Assembly (NCBI GenBank): GCA_964610305.1
Contig: CAZSVL010000006.1
Span: forward strand, 13,973-77,972
Source of the DNA: an uncultured Gammaproteobacteria bacterium
Lineage (GTDB): Bacteria > Patescibacteriota > Patescibacteriia > Magasanikbacterales > JBBTXJ01
Reading direction: 5' to 3'
Length of the DNA: 64,000 nucleotides
This document shows positions 9,301 to 18,388 of this stretch, one piece after another. The translations under genes and the position numbers were made by a program. Every line of letters begins with the position of its first letter. The stretch's first letter is position 1. The notes under the pieces were generated by a model that made no database searches, was not told the origin of the DNA, and saw only the letters and a program-made list of their open reading frames with translations.

Positions 9301-12300
9301 GGGATGCTGGCATTGAGCAGTGTGTGGAGGAAGATACCTATATTCCAGAGTTTGGTGTTTGTCCTCCGGGATTTGTTTCTGGTCCAGCAGATGGTTGTAT
9401 TCCAGAGTGGCGCCCAGAGCCAATTAACCCAGGCGTATACTGCCCATCTGGTGAGATATATAACCCAACGACAGACCGTTGTGAGGTTGAAACGCAGCCA
9501 GAGTATTGTACGCAAGAGTATAAGCCGGTCTGTGGAACAGATGGCAGCACCTTTACCAACGCTTGTTACGCTAAGCAGGCGGGTGTCGGTATAAAAAATG
9601 AGGGAGAGTGTGAGAGCACTCCTTATCCACCAGTAGTTGAGCAGTGTTCTAACACAAAATACAATATTGGAGATTCCTACTCATGTGATTATGGCGTTTG
9701 TCCTCACGGATGTAACTACGGATTCAACGGTTGTCCGGTAGAATGTTCTGCTGCTCCAACGGAATACTGTGGAGACGGTATTTGTCAGGAGTATAATGGC
9801 GAGATCTATAGTTGTGAGCAGGATTGTGGAGAAATAGAAAGACCAGAGCAGTGTGCCTCTTATTGTGAGCAGTCATGTGGCTATGAAAACGGAAGCTACT
9901 GTATGTTTGATAACTACGGTTGTGCCCAAGGATGTAGTCCAACGTGTGATGGTTATGATCAGTGGTATGATCAAGAATTAGGACGTTGTATTAACGATAA
10001 AGAATATTCAAAGATTCACGGTTGTTCTGAGCATGAGTACTATGACACCTATTACCGCGTCTGTAGAGAAAATTACTGTCCTGCCGGTTGGCAGTGGGAT
10101 GTAGACTCTGGTGGTTGTGTGAGTCTTGATGATCCAAGTTGTAAGTCTGAGTGTACCGACAGATGTAGCAATAACAGCTGGTGTATGTACGCAGATAACG
10201 GATGTGCCGTAGGTTGCTCGCCAGAATGTCCAGAAAATCAGTATTATGATCAGAAGCAAAGCAAGTGTGTTTCATATTATGACGGCACGGATTGTAAGGC
10301 CACTGATTACAACATGGGCGAGAGCAGTGACTGTAACTACGACACCTGTAGTTCTGGGTGTGAATATAGCGATTCAGGCTGCCCTACTGGCTGCTACACC
10401 CCACCAACCACAGACAAATGTACTGATAATGGATATAACGTAAGCGGAACCGCGGCGTGTGATTATAATGCGTGTTCAGAAGGGTGTACCTGGGATAACA
10501 ACGGTTGTCCTAAGGGTTGCTACGAGCATACGGGTGGTACCTGTGGAGACAACAGATGTGATAGCGGAGAAGAATCATGGTGTTCAACTGATTGTGGCGG
10601 AGAGCAATGTGATAGCACCAAATATAATGATTTCTCTGGATCGTATCAGTGTAGCTATAGCGAGTGTCCATCTGGATGTAACTGGGATGATCGTGGGTGC
10701 GCTGTAGGGTGCTATGATCCTGATTACCAATGTCCAGCTTCTGATTACTCGCGCGGGTACAATAATAGAGAATGTAATTACAACGAGTGTAGCAGTGGTT
10801 GTAATTTTGACACTAATGGTTGCCCTACTGGTTGTATGACCGGAGATGACATGTGTAAATACATGGATGGTTGGTCATATGACAGTATAAGCGGTGGATG
10901 TGTGAAAGACGGCGTAACATGTAGTCAGCCAACATCATGTGATAGTTGCAGAGGACATGGCAATAGCGATAGTTGGTGCAATTACGATTATGATGGTTGT
11001 CCGATGGGTTGTCAGAGTAGTACCTATGGAGACTGTAGAAATAATTCTGGAGAGTCAGCTTGTTGGGCTCAGCCGGGTTGCTCATGGTATACCGAAAATG
11101 GCAGCAGCTTCTGTGAGGGAAATGATTATTATGGCCCACCATCCGCATGTGACTATGATGGTTACTGCGAGGGGGGAGAAAGCTCTAGTTCATGTTCTGA
11201 CTGTTCCTATGATAATGGCGTCTGTACTGGCGACAACAGATCTTCATGTGAATCTGTACCGGATTGTTATTGGTCTGACGACGGACACTACTGCTTCTAT
11301 CAGTCATACACGTGTAATTACGACGGCATCTGTGATGCAAATGAGAGTGGTCCTGAGTGTGGAGACTGCTCGTCCAGTCCTGGCACTTCTATGTGTAACA
11401 ATGATGGCTCTTGCACCTTTGGAGAAACCTATGAGAATTGTGCAGGAGATTGTCCGTATACCGACGGTATGTGCGGAAACGGTAATTGTGACCCAGGAGA
11501 GAGCTATGACAATTGCAGCTCTGACTGCCAAGCTTTAAGCTGTAACAACAACGGATTCTGCGATATTTGGGAGACAAATGCAAATTGTTACCAGGATTGC
11601 CCACCAGATGGCACACTGGGTACGTCATGTAACAACAATGGCTACTGTGATTTTAATGAGAGTTCAAGCTCATGTCCTGCTGACTGTACCAATGCTACGG
11701 GCGGCACCTGTTGGGGCAAAGCATATGATATGTGCGAGACCAGCGGCTGCATATGGTATGAGAATCACTACGATGGATCGCATTGTGACGATTATGCGCA
11801 TGGCAATGCCAATGTATTTCTAGGTTGTAACTATGATGGTATTTGTGGAAACGATGAAGATTATGGTTCATGCCCTGCTGATTGTGGAACGGGCGGAATA
11901 GAGTGTAACTACAACGGTGTGTGCGATGGGTATGAAACCCCAATGCTCTGTCCAGGGGAGTGTGTTGTGAGTGGAACGGACTGTAATTACAACGGTATCT
12001 GTGATCCGTCTGAGACTATGGCGTCATGTTCTAGCGACTGCTACAGCAATGGCGGAGGCAGCACAGCCTGTCCAGACAATGGCTACAACACAGGAAGCGG
12101 CTCTACCAGCTGTAACTACAGCACGTGCGCTAGCGGTTGTCACTATGATGGCCAAGGTTGTCCAACCGCTTGTATGGAGTTAGCGTGTCCAGATATCGGA
12201 TTCAATATTCCGGGAACCATGAACTGTGATTACGCAGCATGTAGTGAAGGGTGTAGCTTTGATGGCCAAGGTTGTCCAAGTGGATGCTTTGCGCCGCCAC

Positions 12301-12386
12301 CACCACCGGTCTCAGGACTGCTTCAGCGATTAGCTACCGGACTCTACGCTCTGATAACGCTACCGGCACGAGCACTAGGATTATAG
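6393..12386 (+). CDS. Giant secreted protein (1997 aa). Signal peptide, thrombospondin type 3-like Ca-binding repeats, long charged coiled-coil region, Kazal-like module, then a very large cysteine-rich repeat region.
   Basis: GGAGG RBS. N-terminal hydrophobic segment. DxDxDGxxDxxDNC repeats at roughly nt 6525-6740. CGTDGSTFTNAC Kazal motif near nt 9505-9615. Many CxYxxCxxGCxxDxxGCPxGC and CNxxGxCDxxExxxxCxxDC repeats from about nt 8750 to the stop. Confidence 0.75.
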   Translation: MIPLSESHSYWVCNKSLFKKAFFVASIMAAFLLMTVPVFAQEIADKDNDGIADGIDNCIDIANAQQIDADQDGTGDLCDIDDDNDRIADGEDNCPTTANPKQADTDGDGAGDLCDVNTDESAAQSAEALQDENVTLEDLGTIEARVLPDSPLHFFKRFGRGVQEALTFDPVRDAKLKLQHANQQLSETKQMIDQKGMANVAPAVVKSAVKKYQNKLADIKDVADALKAEKVDNPEVIDRLLNDVTDKQLKQQKVLDNIAAQALEVKRKAKEEGRDISDDVDGVLSGVKDVKQSAMEDFTATLATVEDSASNIGVRVTSVMDRQKGSEFKELKNLEILESMRRAAPADVKEAISIAKKNTVEKFEKNLRDLPAVVRADKFENYVKHATSDETKLVKLLDEIKKSSGIPADVLDILEEAKEIAVRRFEEKLSLVEDDVVQASLISGLSVEDDSDIDDLIVLEDFKNRMKVGEKQKELMDEMHNRSIDAFKRKFTDTESADQAELFRKLSQQMLDNPSPKTFKLMQTLEDEVRSDPSKRAFLDQLEDDMQRQYENQYRKEGDRFMDRVATLDPSDIAILQSLDFDSNFEDRLVKRSAEKYKKRMKNIVVPEEFDTFRERFFDIPDFVVQEIKKNDTDFEQAMQFKVRKMEETRAEREREIARASLDYEERELWHQDDRQRQREDDEFWRQLNNSDWEDFDTRKQLWDEKINDRYDTIDSRFDRQKELFEQKMALDPWCDEVCKQIQLQFLEQDLRHEKERLADDLIRERNRIEAEQVQHQQNDPLYGKCDSPESCEYYCSTNPGVPGCEWAIHVDKGQDCGPGAYWDYGRRQCESFDSQVYSCEPGYYWDYAVNGCTPDPYYVPPTNFRTCGYGMFWNEQFGHCESAVTVVTVPPSGVPGEPAPTPGTTYPSGFPPDTYPGDDSYCPYEYRWDSFYSECVPRDYQDCGPGYYYDFYDRRCHRDWQDCGPGFYWDAGIEQCVEEDTYIPEFGVCPPGFVSGPADGCIPEWRPEPINPGVYCPSGEIYNPTTDRCEVETQPEYCTQEYKPVCGTDGSTFTNACYAKQAGVGIKNEGECESTPYPPVVEQCSNTKYNIGDSYSCDYGVCPHGCNYGFNGCPVECSAAPTEYCGDGICQEYNGEIYSCEQDCGEIERPEQCASYCEQSCGYENGSYCMFDNYGCAQGCSPTCDGYDQWYDQELGRCINDKEYSKIHGCSEHEYYDTYYRVCRENYCPAGWQWDVDSGGCVSLDDPSCKSECTDRCSNNSWCMYADNGCAVGCSPECPENQYYDQKQSKCVSYYDGTDCKATDYNMGESSDCNYDTCSSGCEYSDSGCPTGCYTPPTTDKCTDNGYNVSGTAACDYNACSEGCTWDNNGCPKGCYEHTGGTCGDNRCDSGEESWCSTDCGGEQCDSTKYNDFSGSYQCSYSECPSGCNWDDRGCAVGCYDPDYQCPASDYSRGYNNRECNYNECSSGCNFDTNGCPTGCMTGDDMCKYMDGWSYDSISGGCVKDGVTCSQPTSCDSCRGHGNSDSWCNYDYDGCPMGCQSSTYGDCRNNSGESACWAQPGCSWYTENGSSFCEGNDYYGPPSACDYDGYCEGGESSSSCSDCSYDNGVCTGDNRSSCESVPDCYWSDDGHYCFYQSYTCNYDGICDANESGPECGDCSSSPGTSMCNNDGSCTFGETYENCAGDCPYTDGMCGNGNCDPGESYDNCSSDCQALSCNNNGFCDIWETNANCYQDCPPDGTLGTSCNNNGYCDFNESSSSCPADCTNATGGTCWGKAYDMCETSGCIWYENHYDGSHCDDYAHGNANVFLGCNYDGICGNDEDYGSCPADCGTGGIECNYNGVCDGYETPMLCPGECVVSGTDCNYNGICDPSETMASCSSDCYSNGGGSTACPDNGYNTGSGSTSCNYSTCASGCHYDGQGCPTACMELACPDIGFNIPGTMNCDYAACSEGCSFDGQGCPSGCFAPPPPPVSGLLQRLATGLYALITLPARALGL

Positions 12387-12392
12387 ATAACA

Positions 12393-12426
12393 AAGAGGCT
12401 GGCTTGCCAGCCTCTTTTGGTTTTCT
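12393..12426 (+). terminator. Intrinsic terminator of the giant gene
   Basis: Stem aagaggctgg/ccagcctctt followed by T-rich tract. Confidence 0.6.
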
Positions 12427-12434
12427 CACACTTT

Positions 12435-12472
12435 GTCATCCCGGATTCGCGTAGCGAAGTCCGGGATCTCAC
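12435..12472 (+). repeat. GTCATCCCGG...CCGGGATCTCA miniature palindromic element (family 1, short variant)
   Basis: Shares terminal motifs with copies at 16542, 22105, 22188, 31926 and 31994. Confidence 0.6.
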
Positions 12473-12705
12473 AGAAAGGAAAACTAGCAACTGAGCCGAA
12501 TTTGAGTGATATCCTCTGGCCGACCGACAGTCCGCGCCCACCGGCGCGGCTGTCTTGAAACTCCCCCCTGAAATTTTTTGCTTCGCAAAAAAACCAGGTT
12601 TCAGGTTTTCCGTTACATCGTCCAGAGGATGTCATTGAAATTTTACTGTTTTGGTTAGACACAGATTTTGTTTCACTTTAGTTTAAAAAACGCTATAATA
12701 AGACC

Positions 12706-12954
12706 ATGAAGCAATTTATTCTTGGAGCCCTAGCAACAGCAATAGGTATGTATATGGTTATAAAGACAGAATCTGTTTTGAATATGTTTGGCAGTATGCG
12801 TTGGGCAGAAGAAAAACTCTCTGGCAGATCTAGGATGGGGTATAAATTAATAGGGCTTTTGGTGGTCATCATGGGACTTTTGGCGGTAACGGGTATGTTT
12901 GGAGGATTGGCCAGAGGCGCACTTACAGCTATTTTTGGCGGTGGCGGACAATGA
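12706..12954 (+). CDS. Small membrane protein (82 aa)
   Basis: Two hydrophobic helices. TATAAT sits just upstream. Confidence 0.4.
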   Translation: MKQFILGALATAIGMYMVIKTESVLNMFGSMRWAEEKLSGRSRMGYKLIGLLVVIMGLLAVTGMFGGLARGALTAIFGGGGQ

Positions 12955-13493
12955 TAACATCTTCATCTCTTCTAAAACCTCAAACACTGTGCGATATTGC
13001 GCAGTTGCAGCCGGGACACAACGTGGCAGATTTTGGCTGTGGCTCTCACGGATCGCTTGCTCACCATTTAGCACACTCTGTGGGGGAGGCGGGCAAAGTG
13101 TATGCCGTTGATGTGCGACCAGAGGCAGTACGGTTGGTGGGAAGATCACCCGGCCTTTATAATCCACCAACACCCATTGAGCCCATTTGGGCAGATATTG
13201 AACATTACGGCGCATGCAGTATTCCGCATGAAAGTCTTGACGTAGTATTTATAGTTGATGTAATCTCTTACTTGTCTAACATAGTTGGCGCGCTCAGAGA
13301 GGCTCAGAGATTACTGAGCCGCGGAGGACGCGTTGTGGTAGTAGAGTGGGGACATAGCGATCATCCACTAGCGCCACAGATGCCTGTTACACCAGAATCG
13401 GTGGCACGAGCAGGAGCAGATTTAGGCTTTGTTTTTGATCAGATTATTCCGGCCAGCGATCATCACTGGAGTATTGTTTTGCATCATACTTAA
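12951..13493 (+). CDS. Class I SAM-dependent methyltransferase
   Basis: VADFGCGSHG motif I. ATGA start overlaps the upstream stop. Confidence 0.55.
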   Translation: MITSSSLLKPQTLCDIAQLQPGHNVADFGCGSHGSLAHHLAHSVGEAGKVYAVDVRPEAVRLVGRSPGLYNPPTPIEPIWADIEHYGACSIPHESLDVVFIVDVISYLSNIVGALREAQRLLSRGGRVVVVEWGHSDHPLAPQMPVTPESVARAGADLGFVFDQIIPASDHHWSIVLHHT

Positions 13494-13499
13494 ACATAT

Positions 13500-13919
13500 A
13501 TGAACAATTTTTCACTGGGACATTTTTTTGATTGGGGATACTGGTTTGGTAAACCACTTACTGCTTCTACCAATGCACTTTGGGCAATGGCAATACTCTT
13601 TACGGGCATTTTTTTATTTGGTATTTATGCGGCTAGAAAGAGAAAGCAGGTGGACACGGGTATACAACGCGGCGTTTGGCGCAGATTTGCACAATGGGGC
13701 ATTACGTTTGGACTGTTGGGTTGGGTTTTTTGGCTTGCGCGTTATGAGACAATGCTTATCTTCAGGAGGCGCTACTGGATGCTCATATGGGCGCTGGCGG
13801 CCCTCTGGTGGCTCCACAGAGCATTTAAGCACGCAAAGCACCGTGCTCCGGCCCTAAACGCAGCAGCAAAGCAAGAGGCCTATAGAGAGCGTTATTTGCC
13901 AAAGAGAAAAAATAAGTGA
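13500..13919 (+). CDS. Membrane protein (139 aa), hypothetical
   Basis: Multiple hydrophobic helices. Confidence 0.4.
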   Translation: MNNFSLGHFFDWGYWFGKPLTASTNALWAMAILFTGIFLFGIYAARKRKQVDTGIQRGVWRRFAQWGITFGLLGWVFWLARYETMLIFRRRYWMLIWALAALWWLHRAFKHAKHRAPALNAAAKQEAYRERYLPKRKNK

Positions 13920-14272
13920 AGACGCAAAGAAGAGAATTTGGCGACTGGGGAGAAAAAGTTGCGGCGTGGTATTTGCAAAGAAAAGGATACAGGGTTTTTG
14001 CAAAAAATGTTCAATGTAGAGGTGGGGAGATAGATATAGTTGCACTAAAGGCCGGAATTTTGGTTTTTGTGGAGGTCAAGACAAGAAAAACAGATAATTT
14101 TGGCGGTATACAATCTATTACGCCCTATAAACAAAATAAGTTGCGTATTGCCGCGCAGCAGTTTTGTAGAAAAACGGGTGTGTCGGGAGCCATGCAATTT
14201 GATGCTCTCGTCATTGTTGGCGGCTCTCAAAGCAAGAGTATTAGCATAAAACATTACAGAAACTGTTTTTAA
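13916..14272 (+). CDS. YraN family (UPF0102) endonuclease-like protein
   Basis: GEIDIVA...VFVEVKTR...FDALVIV motifs. GTG start overlaps the upstream stop. Confidence 0.55.
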   Translation: MKTQRREFGDWGEKVAAWYLQRKGYRVFAKNVQCRGGEIDIVALKAGILVFVEVKTRKTDNFGGIQSITPYKQNKLRIAAQQFCRKTGVSGAMQFDALVIVGGSQSKSISIKHYRNCF

Positions 14273-14274
14273 AC

Positions 14275-14303
14275 TTGACACATAATACGCGCGGTGCTAT
14301 ACT
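14275..14303 (+). promoter_or_regulatory. Sigma70 promoter (TTGACA-N17-TATACT) upstream of nusA
   Basis: Consensus hexamers. Followed by hairpin 14313-14328 plus U-tract, a possible attenuator. Confidence 0.55.
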
Positions 14304-14407
14304 GCCCGTAATCAGCATAACTATGCTGGTTATTTTTATACTACAAATTGATTAATAGCTAAAAAAACGCGACTAGTTACCAGTTACTAGTTACCAGTTA
14401 TAAATGT

Positions 14408-15790
14408 ATGTCTGAAGTAACAAAAGCAATACAGTTTATTGCAGAAGAAAAAGGCTTGGATCCCGAGTCTATTTTAGAAACCGTACAGGTGGCGCTTGCA
14501 GCCGCTTATAGAAAAGATTTTGGCAATAAGCAGCAAAATATCTTGGTTATTTTTGAGCCAGAAAGTGGGGACATGAAGGTGTGGGACGAGAAAACGGTAG
14601 TAGAAGATGTTGATATAGAAGCGCAAGATGCTGAGTATGAGAAATTTGTGGAGCGCAAAGAAGCGGCAGAGGCGGCGGGAGAGGAGTTTGAAGAAGAAGA
14701 AATGGAGCGTTTTAATCCAAAAACAGAGATGATGTTAACTGACGCAAAAGAGCACAAAAAAACAGCAAAAGTAGGTGATGTGTTAAAGATAGATTTAGAA
14801 ATTCCATCAGAGTTTGGCAGAATGGCAGCTCAGACTGCAAAGCAAGTTATTATTCAAAAGCTTAGAGAAGCTGAGCGCCAAACCATGCACGATGACTTTA
14901 AAGATAAAGAAGGAACCGTGGTAACCGGAACTGTCCAGCGTAGAGAGGCACGTGGAGTTTTGGTAGATTTCGGCAAAATTTCTGGGATTATTCCGCTAGA
15001 TCATCAAATTAGAGGAGAGCGATACATGCCAGGGGCCCGTATAAAAGTGTATGTGGTATCCGTGGACATGGGAACACGTGGTCCAGAAATTATTTTGAGC
15101 AGAGCAGATAATGGTTTTGTATCTCAGATTTTTGAGATGGAAATTCCGGAAGTGGCAAGCGGTGTTGTAGAAGTTAAGGGTATTGCCAGAGATGCTGGCT
15201 GGAGATCAAAAGTAGCCGTATGGACAGACGATGACAGCATAGATCCTATTGGATCTTGTATTGGGCAGCGTGGATCAAGAATTCAAGTAATTATAGATGA
15301 ATTGGGTGGAGAAAAAGTAGACATAATCATGTGGGATGAGGACATAAAAACCTATATAGCAAATGCGCTGTCACCGGCAAAAATTAGCGATGTACAGCTA
15401 GACGAAGAAAACAAAACAGCAACGGTGAATGTAACGGACGATCAGTTTTCTCTTGCTATTGGTAGAGGCGGACAGAACGTGAGGTTGGCAGCTTCTCTAA
15501 CCGGATGGAAAATAAATGTGGTTCAAGAAGGTAAAGAGGATGAGGTAATCTCGTCTGAAGACAGTAGAGAAGATGTTGAAGCAAAGACAAACGAAGAGGG
15601 GGTCGGCAGTGAGCAACCGGTAACAGGGGAAGAAGAGGAAGAAGTGCTAGAAGAGGAAAAGCCAGACGAAACGGACTCTCCAGAAGAAGAGCCTAATGAG
15701 GAGGCTCCAGAAGCTTCTGAGGAATCAGAAGAAGAGCCTAAAGAGACTCCAGAAGTGTCAGAAGATTCAGAGGAAGAAGCTGAAGAATAA
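14408..15790 (+). CDS. nusA: Transcription termination/antitermination factor NusA, with acidic C-terminal tail
   Basis: S1 and KH domains (IGRGGQNVRLAASLTGWKI). Confidence 0.85.
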   Translation: MSEVTKAIQFIAEEKGLDPESILETVQVALAAAYRKDFGNKQQNILVIFEPESGDMKVWDEKTVVEDVDIEAQDAEYEKFVERKEAAEAAGEEFEEEEMERFNPKTEMMLTDAKEHKKTAKVGDVLKIDLEIPSEFGRMAAQTAKQVIIQKLREAERQTMHDDFKDKEGTVVTGTVQRREARGVLVDFGKISGIIPLDHQIRGERYMPGARIKVYVVSVDMGTRGPEIILSRADNGFVSQIFEMEIPEVASGVVEVKGIARDAGWRSKVAVWTDDDSIDPIGSCIGQRGSRIQVIIDELGGEKVDIIMWDEDIKTYIANALSPAKISDVQLDEENKTATVNVTDDQFSLAIGRGGQNVRLAASLTGWKINVVQEGKEDEVISSEDSREDVEAKTNEEGVGSEQPVTGEEEEEVLEEEKPDETDSPEEEPNEEAPEASEESEEEPKETPEVSEDSEEEAEE

Positions 15791-15792
15791 AT

Positions 15793-16527
15793 ATGAAGGC
15801 ACTTTTTCATACCGTACTGTACAAGCCTCTATTTAACGCATTGGTATTGCTCTATGCCCTTTTAGGAAACAATGTGGGGTTTGCTATTATTGTGCTCACC
15901 ATTGCGCTTAAGGCACTTTTGTATCCGCTGATGAGCTCTAGCATAAAGGCGCAAAAGTCTTTGCAAGAGCTTCAGCCAAAACTCAATGAGCTAAAGAAAA
16001 AGCACGGATCAGATAAGCAGGCGCTTGCGCAGGATACCATGACTCTTTATAAAGAGAATCAGGTAAATCCTTTTTCTTCTTGTTTGCCGCTTATTATTCA
16101 GTTGCCAATACTACTGGCGCTTTATTGGGTTTTGCGTGATGGATTGGGCACCACGGATTTTTCTCTGCTTTACGGATTTGTTCAGAGTCCAGAAATTCTA
16201 AATCCTCATTTTTTTGGCTTTGATTTATCTGAGCCTATCCTTCTTTTGGCCGTAATGGCCGGGGCAGCTCAATATTGGCAAGGAAAAATGCTTGCCATTA
16301 CGCGCCCTCCAAAGGCGGCCGGTGAGGGAGGAAAAGATGAAGACATGATGGCTATGATGAACAAGCAGATGATTTACTTTATGCCGGTGCTGACGGTGAT
16401 TATTGGAACAAGGCTTCCTGGTGGTTTGGCCCTGTATTGGTTTATGAGCACTTTTTTAACGGCGGTTCAGCAATTGGTAATTTTCAAAAAGCACGATAAG
16501 GACAAGAAAAAAGAAATAGCAGCTTAA
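15793..16527 (+). CDS. yidC: Membrane protein insertase YidC (short form)
   Basis: YidC/Oxa1 conserved region (KSLQELQPKL..YKENQVNPFSSCLPLIIQLPILLALY). Confidence 0.75.
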   Translation: MKALFHTVLYKPLFNALVLLYALLGNNVGFAIIVLTIALKALLYPLMSSSIKAQKSLQELQPKLNELKKKHGSDKQALAQDTMTLYKENQVNPFSSCLPLIIQLPILLALYWVLRDGLGTTDFSLLYGFVQSPEILNPHFFGFDLSEPILLLAVMAGAAQYWQGKMLAITRPPKAAGEGGKDEDMMAMMNKQMIYFMPVLTVIIGTRLPGGLALYWFMSTFLTAVQQLVIFKKHDKDKKKEIAA

Positions 16528-16541
16528 AAGACACCCCACAG

Positions 16542-16584
16542 GTCATCCCGGAATTTTGTGAAGCAAAATATCCGGGATCTCAAG
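16542..16584 (+). repeat. Family 1 GTCATCCCGG...CCGGGATCTCAAG element, embedded in the yidC terminator loop
   Basis: Flanked by acaccccac / ttggggtgttttttt, which would form the terminator stem. Confidence 0.6.
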
Positions 16585-16602
16585 AATTGGGGTGTTTTTT
16601 GG

Positions 16603-16631
16603 TTGACTAAGATATATGGAAATGATATAAA
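16603..16631 (+). promoter_or_regulatory. Sigma70 promoter TTGACT-N17-TATAAA
   Basis: Consensus spacing. AGGAGG RBS follows. Confidence 0.5.
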
Positions 16632-16649
16632 TACGCGCAGGAGGTGGTC

Positions 16650-17357
16650 ATGGCGAACCAGGATTTGCTCTTTGCGCGGGTTGCAGGGATCAGAAACGAA
16701 AGCATGCTTGATGATGGCGCTTTCAGGGCTTACCAAGAGCTTTACAGAAGAGGCGAGTTGAGCGAGCTTTTGGTCCGGAGAATTGAAGGTGCTGCACCTA
16801 TTTTATTGAGATTTGCTGCTCATTTGGATACGGGCGGGCGAAAAACCGTATTTGATAAAATCTTAGCTGCTCCAATACTTACAACATGTGAGTTCGCGCT
16901 GAGTCGCAAGCAAACTCTTGGAGACATGCTTTCAGGGGCACAAATTACGATCCCGCAGGCTCATGGCTGTGATGAGAGATTTTGTCAAGATCTAGAGCAC
17001 GTGCATAGTAGACATGTGTTTGAGTTGAGCGCCTTTGTGCATGGCGCAGATCCATCATCAGGCACTCTCAGAGTCATTCAGCCCACCTTTGAGGGGGGTT
17101 ACGGACACCTCCGAGACCGTCTATTTGACGCCGGACTTCGTTTTGCCAATTTGTATGAGTATGCAAGCTCTGGGGCAAAAGTTGGTTCTGCTGCAGTTCT
17201 TATTTTGGGCTCTGCTGACGTTGATGAGGATGGAAAGTGGTTTGCTCCCATGATTACCAAAAGAGCCGATGAGTATCAACTTACTAAGGGTCACTTTGGT
17301 GGCCCGTCTGAAACATGGGCTCTTTGGAGATACGGTGTCCCAGTTGTTGACCTGTAG
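16650..17357 (+). CDS. Hypothetical protein
   Basis: AGGAGG 5 nt upstream of the ATG. No recognisable motif. Confidence 0.5.
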   Translation: MANQDLLFARVAGIRNESMLDDGAFRAYQELYRRGELSELLVRRIEGAAPILLRFAAHLDTGGRKTVFDKILAAPILTTCEFALSRKQTLGDMLSGAQITIPQAHGCDERFCQDLEHVHSRHVFELSAFVHGADPSSGTLRVIQPTFEGGYGHLRDRLFDAGLRFANLYEYASSGAKVGSAAVLILGSADVDEDGKWFAPMITKRADEYQLTKGHFGGPSETWALWRYGVPVVDL

Positions 17358-17425
17358 AGACTTTATCCGCTTTATGCGGATTTTTTGTTGTAGGATGAGT
17401 GGGTATTTTGTGGTAAGGTGAGACT

Positions 17426-18217
17426 ATGAACAAGACAGAAATTAAGGCATTTTTTAATTTGTTTAATTACAAGCTTTCAGGTTATGAGCAATACAGTTGG
17501 TCTGGGCAATGGGGTGAAAATGATCTTAGAGATACTGAAAGTCAGAAGTGGATAGCGCAAAAGATGAAAAAAGCACGGAAAGCGGGAAGGCTTCTGCGAT
17601 GCATTCCTTTTGTAAAAATGGTGGCGGTTTGTAATACGCTATCGGCCGGTCATCCCAAAAAAAGTTCAGACATAGATTTTTTTATTATCATAGAAGAGGG
17701 GAGGCTCTGGATTGGTAGACTGCTCGTGACCGGATGGATGCAGCTCTGGGGAATGCGCCGACACGGGAAAAATGTAAGTGACCATATTTGCCTTAGTTTT
17801 TACATAACACAATCGGCAGGGGATTTATCTAAAGTAGCCATAGAAAATGATGTATACATGAAGTTTTGGATAGGGAACCTTTTGCCACTGTGGAGTCGCG
17901 ATGGCGCGCTGCAGCATTTTTTTAGGAATAATCAGTGGGCGATGGGGGAGTTTCCACAAAGACTAGAGCCATTGCCACTGGATCAAAAACCCACTCCCCT
18001 ACCGATAAAAATTTTTGAAATCGTAAGTTTTTTCGGTGTCGGAAAAATACTAGATTCTCTTGCAAAAAAAATACAAAAAAAGCGCATTATTTCAAAAGAT
18101 CTTCAAAGATCAATTTCTACTGCTGTTGTTGTAAATGACACCATGCTTAAGTTTCATGAGAAGGACACACGGGTTGCTGTTAGGGATAGATGGCTGGCCA
18201 AATTGAACCAGCTGTAA
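17426..18217 (+). CDS. Hypothetical protein, possible nucleotidyltransferase fold
   Basis: GHPKKSSDIDFFII resembles the NTase G[SG]..DxD motif. Weak. Confidence 0.35.
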   Translation: MNKTEIKAFFNLFNYKLSGYEQYSWSGQWGENDLRDTESQKWIAQKMKKARKAGRLLRCIPFVKMVAVCNTLSAGHPKKSSDIDFFIIIEEGRLWIGRLLVTGWMQLWGMRRHGKNVSDHICLSFYITQSAGDLSKVAIENDVYMKFWIGNLLPLWSRDGALQHFFRNNQWAMGEFPQRLEPLPLDQKPTPLPIKIFEIVSFFGVGKILDSLAKKIQKKRIISKDLQRSISTAVVVNDTMLKFHEKDTRVAVRDRWLAKLNQL

Positions 18218-18381
18218 GCTAGAGGCTATAGGCTGTAGGGTGCCACCATGTCATTCTGAACTTGATTCAGAATCTAGGGTAGAAATTGAGTACGTCTTAA
18301 TCTTCCTAACTGGATACTGAATCAAGCTGCGCATGACGCTAACAGGATTTACAGCATAAAGCCTACAGCCTACGGCATTCA
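18218..18381. repeat. Composite palindromic element, family 2 (GTCATTCTGAACTTGATTCAGAAT core with ctacagc-rich flanks)
   Basis: Homologous to elements at 23287-23448 and 35874-36032. Confidence 0.55.
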
Positions 18382-18388
18382 AAAATAC

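Noticed and set aside
6602-12183. Numerous 60-200-aa ORFs on both strands inside the giant gene 6393..12386, and likewise inside 40302..48494 and 51200..53905
   Set aside because: Antisense or alternate-frame ORFs inside long, repeat-rich, compositionally biased coding DNA. No RBS or promoter support.
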